A stretch of DNA of 64,000 bases from TPA_inf: Saccharomyces (lineage: Eukaryota). Below, piece after piece: positions 1 through 12,067 of the stretch. The position numbers and the translations under genes were made by a program. Below the pieces are notes generated by a model. It was not told the origin of the DNA and ran no database searches. It was given only the letters and a program-made list of their open reading frames with translations. The stretch covers positions 288,001-352,000 of the forward strand of contig BK006948.2 in NCBI GenBank assembly GCA_000146045.2. The letters run 5' to 3'. The number at the start of each line of letters is the position of its first letter. Position 1 is the stretch's first letter.

Positions 1-190
1 TCTCTAGTACTCATCCTTCATAATTAATTATTCCAGATCATTTAATGCATAACGACATGACAATAAAAAAAAAACCTGACATTTTGAAAAATTATCATTT
101 GAATACGTGGATGAAGACTTCTTCGAGCCAGGCCGCAATAAAATTAATAATATATATAGACATCAATTCTTGACCTACACAAAAATAGCT

Positions 191-279
191 TCTCTCGGTA
201 GCCAAGTTGGTTTAAGGCGCAAGACTGTAATTTATCACTACGAAATCTTGAGATCGGGCGTTCGACTCGCCCCCGGGAG
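191..279 (+). tRNA. tY(GUA): tRNA-Tyr (anticodon GUA) with 14-nt intron (230..243)
   Basis: The sequence CTCTCGGTAGCCAAGTTGGTTTAAGGCGCAAGACTGTAA[TTTATCACTACGAA]ATCTTGAGATCGGGCGTTCGACTCGCCCCCGGGAGA matches yeast tRNA-Tyr, with the canonical intron one nt 3' of the anticodon. A T-run terminator follows directly at 280+. Confidence 0.9.
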
Positions 280-897
280 ATATTTTTTTACTTTTGCACA
301 TCGCTGGTCTTAGCTTTTTTACTTGATTCGCATTGCAATCTATCTGCCAAGAATGAACAAGTATTTTTTTCCTCTGCATCTTTCCCTGCCGTAGGAATCA
401 AATTTGCAACAAGTCTGCAATGTCTAACACCTTTGTTGCAGTCGAATTCTCGTGGCTGTACGCAATTTCTCTTATCCTACCGTGTGAAACAATTCGCGTC
501 GCGTGGGCGCCGAAAAGGGCTTATCACGGCACATCTGAAGAAAAGAGACGGCTGGCTCCAGCTGATATTTAGATATTTTTAGTTGAATAAAGAGGCAGGC
601 GTCAGCGATATTGCATTGTCGCTGTGGTGGGCAGAAAGCCACGGTAATGCATGTCCTGTTGTCTCTTATCCTTGTTGATAAGAAACCCTCTTGATCAGCT
701 AGTCATAATTTTGTCTCTTCTTGCATTCTCTTTCCGATATATAACTTATATCTTCAGGTGTCAGGCAATAGAAACAACAAGGCACAGCGTTAAAAGACCA
801 TCATTTCATTTTAGCTTGTCCAAGCACATACCATTTTTCACTCAAGCTATAGCAGAGAAGTTAGTAAACATTAATAGATTATAATATAAGAAAGGCT

Positions 898-2553
898 ATG
901 AAGAAAAATTCTTCGGTAGTTTTCTTCCTTGTGGGTCTATCACAATTCGTCACTATGGCGTTTCTCATTATCGGATCCATTACGGCTCCAATTTTCAAAC
1001 AAATAGGCTATTCTAAATATGATGAGATCACATACGGTACATTCGGCTACTGTAAAGAGGGCTCCTGCTCAAAAGCAAGTTATAATTATCACCCCGATGA
1101 GCTATCAGACAGTGATAGCAACTGGAAACTCAATAGCAACGCTAGGTCTATATTGGGGAAAATCATCTTTATCACACCCATTGCTGCTGGTCTTAATTTT
1201 TTGGGATTTCTTTGTACCATCATGAGCGTTTTATTAATTAACGTGCTATCCAGTGATAGAGTTGGTAGTGCGTCTGCCATCATGTTTTTTGTTAATTTGA
1301 CATTTTCCACTCTAGGCTTTCTTTCTGCTTCTTTGATATGTATCGTGGTATTTTTACTGTTTTACCCACATGTAACCTGGTGTTCATGGGTCCTGATACC
1401 AGGAGCTGCTTTATCTCTACTAGTAATTCCTTTGATATTCTCAGCTTATTCAAGAAGCTCAGGCTCAAGGGATGATGACGAAACCGAGGAACTGGAAGAA
1501 AAGGGCATGCTGCTGAATGACCCATATCTAAGTTCGAAGTCCGGGAGATTCGATATCGACGCTGATAGTGAGGCCAACCTCCGTGGTGATTCAAGAACGA
1601 ATTTATTGGGTGACAATTTTAAGAACGGTACTAATATCACTGTTGTCCCAGATATTATTTCACACAATCAAGATCCGAAATTATCAAACATAACCACTTC
1701 TACCACGTCTGATATTTCTACTTTCGATAAAGAAGCAAAGGACATGGAAAATTCAAATGGTTCCGGACTTAATGAAGAAGAGGACGATGGCATGGCCTAT
1801 GACAAAAGGAGGTCAACTTCAACGTATTCTGTCATTGAAAGTGAAAGTGGCTTGAAAAATGGGAGTGTTTCTAATAATTATGTGAGAAACAATGGTAGTA
1901 ACACCAGCAACAATATAAACTATAAAGTTCCGCTAGGAAAAACGGAAATATCATCCAGTGCATCATTAGCGTCCTCAGACTACTCTCAAAGAGAGGTCAT
2001 ACCGCACAGAAATCCTTCGAGACTACTAAACGACATCATGGAGACCTCCTTCAATGAACCAAACGATAGCCACATCAACAGCATGTCCTCCTACAACGAT
2101 AAAGATTCAACGTTGACTTCAATATCACAGAGAGGTGTCAATCCGGAAGTATACAATCAAATGCCTCGAGAAACAGCCGCTGGTCCTGCAAATATAAGGC
2201 CGTACGCTGGTCAGCCACACCCGGCGCCATTAGTGTATCCCCAACAACGACTACAACCACAACAACAGCAACCACAGCAGCAATATCATCAATACAATTT
2301 ATATCAAAGAACTACTCCTGCTGGTCCAGATCCTTCTAATGTTATTTTACAAAGCAATCCTTATTTCAACGTTGCCCCAAACCAAGTGCCACAGCACAGA
2401 AATCCGGTACCAGGCGTCGGTTTTGCTCCGAATCCTTTACCAAACCAAAGCCCGATAACACAAGGATATAAGCCTGCCTATAAGAGGAGAATGCAAAACA
2501 AAAACTTGCCCCGAGCTACTACTTCACTGAACAATCCTTACGGATTTAGGTAA
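898..2553 (+). CDS. YOL019W: Putative membrane protein of unknown function (YOL019W, DCV1 paralogue); N-terminal multi-TM region, Ser/Asn-rich middle, Q/P-rich C-terminus
   Basis: 551-aa ORF. Hydrophobic N-terminal segments, then low-complexity S/N/T and poly-Q/P tail. Length and position next to TLG2 match YOL019W. Confidence 0.8.
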   Translation: MKKNSSVVFFLVGLSQFVTMAFLIIGSITAPIFKQIGYSKYDEITYGTFGYCKEGSCSKASYNYHPDELSDSDSNWKLNSNARSILGKIIFITPIAAGLNFLGFLCTIMSVLLINVLSSDRVGSASAIMFFVNLTFSTLGFLSASLICIVVFLLFYPHVTWCSWVLIPGAALSLLVIPLIFSAYSRSSGSRDDDETEELEEKGMLLNDPYLSSKSGRFDIDADSEANLRGDSRTNLLGDNFKNGTNITVVPDIISHNQDPKLSNITTSTTSDISTFDKEAKDMENSNGSGLNEEEDDGMAYDKRRSTSTYSVIESESGLKNGSVSNNYVRNNGSNTSNNINYKVPLGKTEISSSASLASSDYSQREVIPHRNPSRLLNDIMETSFNEPNDSHINSMSSYNDKDSTLTSISQRGVNPEVYNQMPRETAAGPANIRPYAGQPHPAPLVYPQQRLQPQQQQPQQQYHQYNLYQRTTPAGPDPSNVILQSNPYFNVAPNQVPQHRNPVPGVGFAPNPLPNQSPITQGYKPAYKRRMQNKNLPRATTSLNNPYGFR

Positions 2554-2880
2554 AAAAAGAAAAATGAAGGTTCTTTTTTTTTTTTTATATTCTACAAATC
2601 ACAATAACCACCAACTTGTATTAAACCATATTTTATCATCTTCAGGAACTACTTATGCACAATATTCGTTCGCCAGTCTTTACTTGCGGTTCAATTTTAT
2701 CCCATATAAATTTGTATTTTATTATCATACTACATACTTTATTGAAATCATATATTAACCTTTTCACTTTTCTCAAATAGAACGAGCAACAGGTCATATG
2801 AACGCTGACTAAATCTCTCAATTTTCTTCAAAGCATATTATAGTTCAAAATCGCGATGCGGTACCGTGAAAGTTTTGTCA

Positions 2881-4074
2881 TCAAAGTAGGTCATCCAAAG
2901 CATCATTCTCAGATTCTGTTACTTCAACGATACTCGGCAAGTTGCTCTCTTCGTCATTAATATGGGTATTACTGCCGTCATCATGACTGTTATTAACTGT
3001 TTTATTATCATCATTGTTGTACTTGTTGCTACCATTATTACGACCACCACTGCCACCGCCATGTGGTTTCAACATAACAAAGAAAAAGAGCGCTATTACG
3101 CACAATGTTAGTAATAAAATGACTTTACATTTTTGAGTTCTCTTCTGGTAGTGTGTTGCTTTATTCAACTCTTTATCTGCACTTTTTAGCTCTACCACTG
3201 TATTTTCCAGATTATAATCAATCCTGTCCACAATAGTCCCCTGGTCAACAACCAAATCTTGCATTTCCCTGAAAATAGTGCTCACTTCTAATACACCCCT
3301 TGCCAACTGAGTAATTTCTTCGTCACGTTCTCTCAAATATGCTTCTGCAGAAGTGTCATGAAGCTGTTGCTGTCTCTGCAACGTCCTTTTTGAATAGTCT
3401 TCAATATCGAGGCCCTCTCTCTTCTCTCTTGCTGCCTCCTCTTCCTCATCATCTAATAATAGCGTGTTCTCTGCACTGGCCTTATTGCGGATAGGTTTCA
3501 AATCATCCTTGTTCAAGAATTTCAAGTAATTATTTTGTAATACTCTGAACTTATTACTTTCAGTTTGTATCTTTTCTGCATAGATCTTCTGTAGATTATC
3601 TAGTATAATCAGCTCTTCTCGACTTAATTGCTTACCATCCACAAATTGAGAGTTGTATATGGTCTTTAATCGTTTCATAACAGCGTAACATTTCTGCAGC
3701 ATCTGAATTACTTTGAAACTTAGATCTTCAATCAGCGCCTCATCATGACTCTTGTCTTCAAAGCCAGGTAACGAATTCTTCCTATAAACCTTCGCCAACT
3801 GCTCACTTAACCGTCTCACCTCCAGAAGATAATCATCAACATCCTGCGCTATATCAATAAATATGGGTGGTAACGCATCACTGTGATTCTCATGCTTGTT
3901 TTTTCGTTCATCTGTCAATCTGGCCGATATATCGTGAGACATATTCATCATCGGGTATGTACCCATTTCAATATCTTGATCATCGCCCAAGGGTGCTTTC
4001 CCAGATGAGAAAGTTATGTTATGAGGGAAAGTCCTACGGTATGATAAAAATAAATTAGTTCTATCTCTAAACAT
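2881..4074 (-). CDS. TLG2: Syntaxin-like t-SNARE of the late Golgi/endosome
   Basis: 397-aa ORF with a heptad-repeat SNARE domain (…LARGVLEVSTIFREMQDLVVDQGTIVDRIDYNLEN…) followed by a C-terminal TM helix (KVILLLTLCVIALFFFVML). Length matches TLG2 (YOL018C). Confidence 0.9.
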   Translation of the reverse strand: MFRDRTNLFLSYRRTFPHNITFSSGKAPLGDDQDIEMGTYPMMNMSHDISARLTDERKNKHENHSDALPPIFIDIAQDVDDYLLEVRRLSEQLAKVYRKNSLPGFEDKSHDEALIEDLSFKVIQMLQKCYAVMKRLKTIYNSQFVDGKQLSREELIILDNLQKIYAEKIQTESNKFRVLQNNYLKFLNKDDLKPIRNKASAENTLLLDDEEEEAAREKREGLDIEDYSKRTLQRQQQLHDTSAEAYLRERDEEITQLARGVLEVSTIFREMQDLVVDQGTIVDRIDYNLENTVVELKSADKELNKATHYQKRTQKCKVILLLTLCVIALFFFVMLKPHGGGSGGRNNGSNKYNNDDNKTVNNSHDDGSNTHINDEESNLPSIVEVTESENDALDDLL

Positions 4075-4528
4075 GTTTGTAACGACTGCCTAGATCACAA
4101 AGCGATAAAATGTACATCAATTGGAGACTTTCCTGTCTTGCCGTACTTATAGTCTATTCTGCTATAATCTATACGCACTCACTTTACACCTTAAAAGCCC
4201 AATACAAACCGGTCCAACAATTATAATTCATCTATAGGGCATATACAAAAAAAAAAGGTAGGTGTAAAAGATAATAAAATACAACCCTATTAGCTTTGAT
4301 AAAAAATTAGTAGGGTTAGAATGTCATATGGTAGGGTGATATAAACGCGTGAACTTTACGCGTTTATATGTACTAAGTTATTTTCGGTATTAGAGAATAC
4401 CATATCAACGACTAACTCTTAAGCTTTCGATTGTATGAGCTGAAGAAACGGCCTGCTCATTACCAGGATATCTCTTTTTTTTAGACATCAAACAAGAAAA
4501 TAAGGAACAAGAAATTTGAGGTACAATA

Positions 4529-6673
4529 ATGACAGAAATTATTGATTTAGACTTGGTCGATGACTTTATCAAGAAACCTATGGTCAAACAACAGAAAAAC
4601 CAGTCTTCAAAGCCTAGGGTAAAAAGAAGGGGTCAGTTGACCTTTGATGATTTCAGAAACATCAAAATTGTAGAAGAACCTGTTGTACTTTCTCACAATA
4701 GTTCAATTGACGAATCACTGGATGCTGCTACCCAAAATACTAAAAAGCGGGAGAAATATGAAGGTACCTGTGATGAAGAAATGAAAACTAAAGAAATGGA
4801 GGCAAATATGGCAAGCAAATATTCTAATATCAAAACACATTCGAACGACACTAACAAGGTAGAGTCGATCAGTGAACACACTACTTCTAATAATAGACCA
4901 TTGAATACATTAAACTGGTCACCAAATATTCCTTTACGATATTCTGACTTTGCAAAGTTTATGAGTGATGAGACGGTAACGGAAAGCAATTGGGCGCCTC
5001 CCCTTTGCACCCCTCTCCCATATGCAGGCGATGTTATGAAGATCCTTTCTTTTATCGTCAAATTTAAATGGGTGTTCAGCGACGATCTACTGAACCTGTC
5101 ATTTCAAGATGTGGAGATAGGACTAGAATTAAAGGTGGCTGGCCATTCTGCGAAGAATATTCGAATTTGTCAGGATAAAATGAATCTACTATTTTGCAGT
5201 CTTTTGAGGTTATTATTCTGCTCCGAGAAAAGAGCAGACAACCAAACTCATAGAAATTTCACGCTAAAAAGATTTCTTAGTTTGAAAAATCCATATGGAA
5301 AACTGGTTGGCAAACTCAGAAGCTTAATCCAGGAGTGGGGCTTACCAAAAGAATGGCGTGGTAATAGTGATATTTTATCTACTCTAAATTTTAATGGAGG
5401 TGGTTTGTTGACGATGGAACCATTAGATAGAATAATATTATTGAGATGCATGATCGATTGGAATTGTAGCTACTCCGCACTTTTCCATAATGAAATTCAA
5501 AGGCTCACTCACTTGAAAGGCGATACAGGGTTCAACCATCAAACTTTTCACGCCAGCAGGTTTGCTATGTGCGGGGCCAATAACATATTAGATAGTTGTG
5601 AAGTTTTATGCTCTTTGATGAGTCAAAAGTTGGAAAATCGAAAGAAAAGGAAGCCCAGCGACAAAGGAAAACTGAGTAAGATCAATAGTCAGATGAAATT
5701 TCTAAAGGGTGTTCGGAAATCATTGAGCGAAAAAGTAACTACAGACAGATTACGAGCTGCAGTTAAAATAAATGAAGAATGGGGTGAATATTTTGCAAAC
5801 GAATTTACACACACACCAATTGATGATCCCACCGTAGACGAAATTTACAAGTTAAGGACATCAGAGTTTATGATAGCGAGAATTCCACGAGTTGGAGATT
5901 TCTACTTACCACCATTCTGGATTGGCAACGAATGCAGTTCAGTAAACACTAGTTACAGTTTCAATGACATGTCAACTTATCTTAATTACTTCGTAAAATT
6001 CAAAGAGGAGGGTACAAAAATACTGCCTGCAAAAACCGCACAAAATGAAAACAAGTGTCAACTTAAACTTATATATAGGAACACTCCTGCATGTATCCGT
6101 AATTTACAGTTCAATGATGTTCACTTTGCCGAGGTGCCGCATTGGTTTGAAGTTGCAGGAGACTCGAATTCTTTGAGCAACTTCATTGAGTATTTGGAAA
6201 GTTTATCATCACTTACTGAAAATGACACCGATGATACAAAAAAGGGTATAGACAATCTAATTGAGTTTTTGAAAATTTTCAGTATATTCATAAATGAGAC
6301 TATTCAGCGCATAACTGCTGCCCCTACAGGCAGTACTGAAGGACGTCATTTGCGAACAAGCTCTCAGAGAAGAACCACGGTGCATTACTCGAGTGATGTA
6401 AATGGTGACGTTTCCGAGGAAAGTGAAAATGAAGTTGACATTGACGTTAGCGATGACTATGATTCAGAATATCTGAGTGAGGAGAATACATTGACAAGAA
6501 AAGGTGAAGATAGGACAGATAAATCTTTTGGGAAAAGAGAATTACACAATGGCGCTAAAGATTGTGATAGGAATTGTGATGATATAGAGATCTTCTCAGA
6601 ACCCGTTAGGCAACTACAAGATAATTCTCGGGAAAAAAGAAGCTTGAGGCGTAATGCCAGAAAAGGTCTATAG
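4529..6673 (+). CDS. ESC8: Silencing protein ESC8 (IOC3 paralogue)
   Basis: 714-aa ORF. Size and synteny (between TLG2 and CMK2) fit YOL017W. Acidic Ser/Asp-rich C-terminus. Confidence 0.8.
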   Translation: MTEIIDLDLVDDFIKKPMVKQQKNQSSKPRVKRRGQLTFDDFRNIKIVEEPVVLSHNSSIDESLDAATQNTKKREKYEGTCDEEMKTKEMEANMASKYSNIKTHSNDTNKVESISEHTTSNNRPLNTLNWSPNIPLRYSDFAKFMSDETVTESNWAPPLCTPLPYAGDVMKILSFIVKFKWVFSDDLLNLSFQDVEIGLELKVAGHSAKNIRICQDKMNLLFCSLLRLLFCSEKRADNQTHRNFTLKRFLSLKNPYGKLVGKLRSLIQEWGLPKEWRGNSDILSTLNFNGGGLLTMEPLDRIILLRCMIDWNCSYSALFHNEIQRLTHLKGDTGFNHQTFHASRFAMCGANNILDSCEVLCSLMSQKLENRKKRKPSDKGKLSKINSQMKFLKGVRKSLSEKVTTDRLRAAVKINEEWGEYFANEFTHTPIDDPTVDEIYKLRTSEFMIARIPRVGDFYLPPFWIGNECSSVNTSYSFNDMSTYLNYFVKFKEEGTKILPAKTAQNENKCQLKLIYRNTPACIRNLQFNDVHFAEVPHWFEVAGDSNSLSNFIEYLESLSSLTENDTDDTKKGIDNLIEFLKIFSIFINETIQRITAAPTGSTEGRHLRTSSQRRTTVHYSSDVNGDVSEESENEVDIDVSDDYDSEYLSEENTLTRKGEDRTDKSFGKRELHNGAKDCDRNCDDIEIFSEPVRQLQDNSREKRSLRRNARKGL

Positions 6674-6776
6674 TTTGAATGCCATGAAGTGTAGCTGCTG
6701 GTTACATAAAATCGTCACTAGCTTTACACATTAAATATTATATACGAATTTATGTACACGAATTCAAGTCCGTAAT

Positions 6777-8120
6777 TTAGTCTTCTGACTTCGACTCCCG
6801 ATCATCATGCAGTGTTTTCTTGCTATCGTCTTCCTCTTCACCAGCCAAAACTTTATGTTTATTCTTTGTTGCAGCTTTGACAATTTGAACAAAGGCATCC
6901 TTTGTTAATGCAGACTTCAATTTCATTTGCTCTTCTGTTAGTTCTCCCCCTTTCTTCTGAGATTGCAGACGTAAATCATCCAACGAATGTGTGACGCCGT
7001 CCAGAAGACTTTCATTGAGGGAATTCTCTTCTATATCGTTATCGCCATCGTCCCCTAATGAATACATATTTCTTAACCTCTTAATTCTATTATTAAGCTT
7101 CACAATTTCAATAGCGTCACGTAATTTCTTACGCAAAGAAAACCCTTTCTTAACGTCTGGTAAAATATTACTAGTTTCAACTCTCTTTGAAGTAATCCAT
7201 GGATCGTCCAGCAATTCCGTAGCAGTTGGTCTGTCAGCTGGATTCAATCTCAATGCCTTCAAGATGAAACGCTTAACATCAATAGATATGTTATCCCAAT
7301 ATGGCATATGGAAGGTTACCGGGTATCTCGAAGCTGTACATTCCTCCATGAATCCTTCAACGCTTTCGGCAATAAAAGGAGAATAACCGCACAGTAAAGT
7401 ATATGTGATCACACCAATGGACCATATATCACAAGGCTTACCATGTCCATCTTGTGTGAGGACTTCTGGTGCCACATAACCCAACGATCCGGCTGCTTTG
7501 TATATCAAATCCTCCTCCCCCTTCAATTGTTTAGCTATACCGAAGTCCGCAATTACCAGAGGCGAATTTTCTGACTTATCAACATACAAAACGTTCTCAG
7601 GTTTCAAATCCCTATGAACAACATTCTTGGAATGCATATACTCCACGGCACCAAGAATCTGAACTATGATTTCAACAGCATCCACTTCTGTGAACTTCCC
7701 TCTAGACAGAATTCTATCAAATAATTCACCTCCTGTTGCCAGCTGAGTGACAATATAGAACTTATCCTTCGATTCAAACCAATCCTTGAATGACACAATG
7801 TTCGGATGACTCAATTTTTGAAGAATGGACAGCTCTTCGTACAGCATCTGTAATTGCACATTGTTTCCCTGCAATGCCTTCTTCAATAAGATCTTTATAG
7901 CAACATCTTCATTTGTGGACAACTTTCTGGCTTGTCTCACAACACCGAAGGAACCGGCACCCAGTGTTCGACCGAAAATATAATTAGTCCTGTTGACGTA
8001 AGATTCAGGTTGACCGCTTAATTTATTGATAAATTTTGCTACAGGGTGGCCGTTTAGACGCTCTGGATCTTGGACATCTACATGAAATTCAGAATTTATG
8101 ACCTCTGACTCCTTGGGCAT
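6777..8120 (-). CDS. CMK2: Ca2+/calmodulin-dependent protein kinase II
   Basis: 447-aa ORF with a Ser/Thr kinase catalytic core (GxGxFG-like [26 protein letters not shown]) and a C-terminal basic calmodulin-binding region. Length matches CMK2 (YOL016C). Confidence 0.9.
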
Positions 8121-9077
8121 TTTTGGTGTCTATATTTATATTGGCGATGTGATAGAAGAAAAGGTGACGAAAAGATTGATCAACGAATTGAAGTTCTGCT
8201 GATCTTGAACAATATCGTATTGTTTTATATTATTAGGATTACCAAGAGAAACAGCAATGGGTGGCTTCAAAGGGGGCAGGGTTCTAAGATAAGCCTCAAT
8301 TATTCTCTTCGCGCTGCGTTAAAGCGGGCGCTTCTCCGAAAGTACAGCACGTTCTGAAAAGCCTCATCAACATAGAATCCATATGATGCTCAACGACTGG
8401 AAGTAAAAACATGAAAATTGAAAAAGAATATGCCTGCAGGAGCATTGGGAAGTACATAGTGGCTTATAGACTGCCAAAAAAAATCAGTACGGAAGCAAAT
8501 GAACCTTATGTTATCCAGGGAGCGGTGAGTAACTGAGTAAAAACATTAGGCAAATTTCTTCCAAAAAATCATTGACATTGCCTGTCAATTGAGTAAATGA
8601 ATAAATAAATAAATGCAAAAAAGCCAACCTAACTCTCCTGCAATGATACAATGAGTACTGTATCAACGACCATTAGTAAGTATCATGAAGTGTTTTGTAT
8701 ATTTGGAAAAAACCAGGCTGCATTGCCCCAGTGGTGTATTTATATCTACTGCAGTATGTTCTATTCTGTGAAGTTCCTAAAAGACACCGAGGTTTCTATG
8801 GCCTAACCATATTGTTGTTCTAACGCCTTTTCTATGTAAGGGTCCTTATTGTTCAAAGCCCCACCGCTCCTTCGCGCGTTGTGCCTATCATTGTGTCAGT
8901 AAATGTTAGGATACGGGAAGTGTATATATTAATTGAGTGGACACAGAAAACGCTCTAGAAAGGAATATCTCACAAAGAACTGTAATATAAGCCTACATTA
9001 TTGATTTTTTTAGTTCTCTTGCCCTTATATTACCGTAAGTCTGCGGTATAATCACCTGGCCTAGTGCTTTTTCAATC

Positions 9078-10838
9078 ATGTTCATTGAATACTCTAGATT
9101 ACCAGGCTTCGAAAGCATCAATATATCATTTTCTAGAGGCATGCTAAGATTGGCTAAATTTACTAATTTCGCTACATACAAACAAAAATTAGAGTACTTC
9201 AGGCTGTTGGCAGGTTCAAACAAATACATCCAACGAATCAGCGTTGCTGACTTTGAGAGACATCCAGATGAAATCAATTATATTTACATTATACTAATAT
9301 CCATTCTCCAAATGGAAGAGTGTATGCCAGTCCTAGTTCTATGTCCAACTGTTTATTGGGTACGATTCCACTGGCCTGGAAAATGTTCCGTGAACAGTTT
9401 GAACTTTACGAATGAAACGTTAAAAAGCGCTTTCCATGCTGTCTTCACTCCCTATTTTGCACTAATGAAAAAAGTTCTTGGAAGGATTAAAAACAACATG
9501 TTGCTATTTGCAGAACCTCATGCAAATTTAAATAATTTGTTTGTCAAGCATTTCCACGATCTCATATATAAGAGCGTAAAGGATGAAAAAACCGGCGAGG
9601 CAATTCTGTATTTGAGAACTAACGTTAATGTTCCAAATGTTTTTATTGACGATAAAAGAGCAGTTTTTCATGGTGACGGTATGAAAATTGGAAAATTTAC
9701 CGGCAAATTTTTATGCTTTTCCTTCAAACGAACAATAAGATGGTCAAAATTAGATTCAGTGGATTCTTTTGCGGTTACGACAGTAAATTATAGAGTATCT
9801 GTAAATTGGGAAAAGACACCAAGAAAGACTTTCCTTTCTCTAGACAGTGACACCAAAAATTTACACTATATATCGAAAAAGATATTGAATAAAAAGGGAA
9901 AGAACGCCACTACATCAAAAACAACAAAAAGTTCATGCACAAGTGAGAACGTTTGCGATGATAAAACATTCTCCGTCGAATTCCCACTTACAACGTCAGC
10001 AAAAACTGAATATTTGTTGAGAAGTAATTTTTCTTTAGAAAAAATTAATGAAAGCAACAATCCTACCCTTCAAGAACTTACTTTAAACCGTACACATCGC
10101 TTATACCGATCAAATTTTCGCAATGAACAAAGCACCACACAGAGGAAGTTTGAAAAAATCGGTAGAACTGTCTCTACTGATTCAGGCAATAAACTGCTTA
10201 CGTTTCCGGAACAAAAGGCCACAAGAGATAGTAACCCCTTCTCAATCGAATTGACACATGCAACAGTAATTTCCAGCGACGAAAGTGCCTTAAAAGACAC
10301 TACTAATCAAGCGATAGCCGAAATGCAACGTATAACTCCTGCTATTGCAAAGACAATCTCGAGAAGAACAGCAAATTGGGTCTGCTCAAACCCAGCTCCT
10401 GATCCGTATGGGGAACCTTCAACGTGGTCCAGAATTTTGACCCCTAATTTGAAAATAATATCGGAATCATCACCATATTATCCAGTCCATCTAGCTTCAC
10501 CAAATTCTACCTTTAGTAGAGATCAAAGTGTAAGAAGTGTTGTCATGAGGAGAAGTTCTGTATGTGTTGAAAAACAAAATAGTTTCTTCAGAAATTACGA
10601 ACATTTCAAAAATATATTGTCGAGAAGAACTATTAAGGTTAAGACATCATGTCCTAGGCTGAGCGTTGACGTAAGTGACAACAAAAGAGAAAATTTATCA
10701 CAAGAACACCTCATTTTACCGAACAAATCTAGAGAAAAAGTCAACCGATTTAAAAATTGCCTACATAGAGTTGCAGAAGCGCTCAGAGCTGCCAAAGAAA
10801 ACTGGGATCAGCACAATCCCAGGAACTCTATTCATTAA
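9078..10838 (+). CDS. IRC10: Protein of unknown function (increased recombination centers 10)
   Basis: 586-aa ORF with no obvious domains. Position between CMK2 and YOL014W fits YOL015W. Confidence 0.7.
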   Translation: MFIEYSRLPGFESINISFSRGMLRLAKFTNFATYKQKLEYFRLLAGSNKYIQRISVADFERHPDEINYIYIILISILQMEECMPVLVLCPTVYWVRFHWPGKCSVNSLNFTNETLKSAFHAVFTPYFALMKKVLGRIKNNMLLFAEPHANLNNLFVKHFHDLIYKSVKDEKTGEAILYLRTNVNVPNVFIDDKRAVFHGDGMKIGKFTGKFLCFSFKRTIRWSKLDSVDSFAVTTVNYRVSVNWEKTPRKTFLSLDSDTKNLHYISKKILNKKGKNATTSKTTKSSCTSENVCDDKTFSVEFPLTTSAKTEYLLRSNFSLEKINESNNPTLQELTLNRTHRLYRSNFRNEQSTTQRKFEKIGRTVSTDSGNKLLTFPEQKATRDSNPFSIELTHATVISSDESALKDTTNQAIAEMQRITPAIAKTISRRTANWVCSNPAPDPYGEPSTWSRILTPNLKIISESSPYYPVHLASPNSTFSRDQSVRSVVMRRSSVCVEKQNSFFRNYEHFKNILSRRTIKVKTSCPRLSVDVSDNKRENLSQEHLILPNKSREKVNRFKNCLHRVAEALRAAKENWDQHNPRNSIH

Positions 10839-11692
10839 GTACTGTTAGTTTTTATTTTGGGACACCCTTGACATATAGTTTAGAACTTTACCTACTTTAC
10901 CCTTGTAAAGTTTCTTTCCTTACTTAGCGAAACTGTACTGAATAAGTTGTGTAAGACAGAATCTTTGATTTTTTCCAGGAATAATCATCACTGCCTACTG
11001 CTACAACAGACTAGTTTACTCTCCCTTTTTTCCGTTTTTATTCCGACAAGGGGCATGAACATTCAATACTAAATTCTTTTGTGCTTTTTTTGGGAAGCCT
11101 TTTCTAATAAGTACCAGAAGACACATTTTTATGTGACACTACTTTAAGCCTCGAATGTTTTTTTGTGCCCTATTATTTCTAAGCAAAATATTAAACAATC
11201 TAGGCCGTAATTAAAACGCCTATCTTGGTACAGTGTTACAGCGGCTTATACAGTTTATGTTAAACTTAAAATTACATAAAGTTTCGAGAACTTCCCCTTA
11301 AGAAGGGTCCGGGCGCAGGCAACTGAGCCTACTCGGAATAAACATCGATGACCGTTTTTGGAAAAAGGGTTTGTCGCGGCATATAATGGATACTGAAGAG
11401 GTCGCCTGAAAACCTGAAAATTTTTTAGCCACCATAAATAATAAATAGTTATATATATTAAAACATCATTTGCTATTTTATCAAAATTCCGTTGTAGCGT
11501 GGTCAATTGTTCAACTATTTCAATTGTTCAGAAAAGTGAAGCTACTTAAAAGTAGAACAAAAAAGAGTTACTCGAACGTTGAACTCTTTGATTATTTAAA
11601 GATTTCAGTTTAACAAAAAAAGTAAAGTAACGTGAGAATGTCTGATTCAACAACTTCCCCCACAACCACATTTTCTACTTCATTATCACCAA

Positions 11693-12067
11693 ATGCGACC
11701 ACATCATTTTTTTTGTGGTAACATGGGAGTGATGTATACGGCCATGTCTGGATACGAAACAGAAGACGCACAAGCCTACTGGGCATGCGGTAGAGCATAT
11801 GAATCAGCTTTTGCAACGTTGACTAAAAAGGTTCCAGGAACCACATTCTCAGCTGATATGCCAACATCTACTTGGCATGGTGTCCTGGATTGCGGCTATT
11901 CCTCTTCAATTAACGTGGCAGAAAATAAAAGTTCGCCCATCGATTATTGGAATTGTGGTAGAACATATGCCAGGAATTATGCTCTGTCCGATGCGCTTTC
12001 ACTGAAGCCAACGAATATGTTACAGTACTTTCTATTAGTATTATTTTTTATCTGCATTATACTATGA
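11693..12067 (+). CDS. YOL014W: Small protein of unknown function with a C-terminal hydrophobic segment
   Basis: 124-aa ORF. Size and position match YOL014W. Weak intrinsic evidence. Confidence 0.5.
   Translation: MRPHHFFCGNMGVMYTAMSGYETEDAQAYWACGRAYESAFATLTKKVPGTTFSADMPTSTWHGVLDCGYSSSINVAENKSSPIDYWNCGRTYARNYALSDALSLKPTNMLQYFLLVLFFICIIL

Noticed and set aside
107-313. 68-aa plus-strand ORF
   Set aside because: It overlaps tRNA-Tyr at 191-279. The tRNA call is far better supported.
4693-5061. 122-aa minus-strand ORF inside ESC8
   Set aside because: Antisense to a well-supported 714-aa CDS, with no independent support.
6991-7386. 131-aa plus-strand ORF inside CMK2
   Set aside because: Antisense to the kinase CDS. 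Chance ORF.
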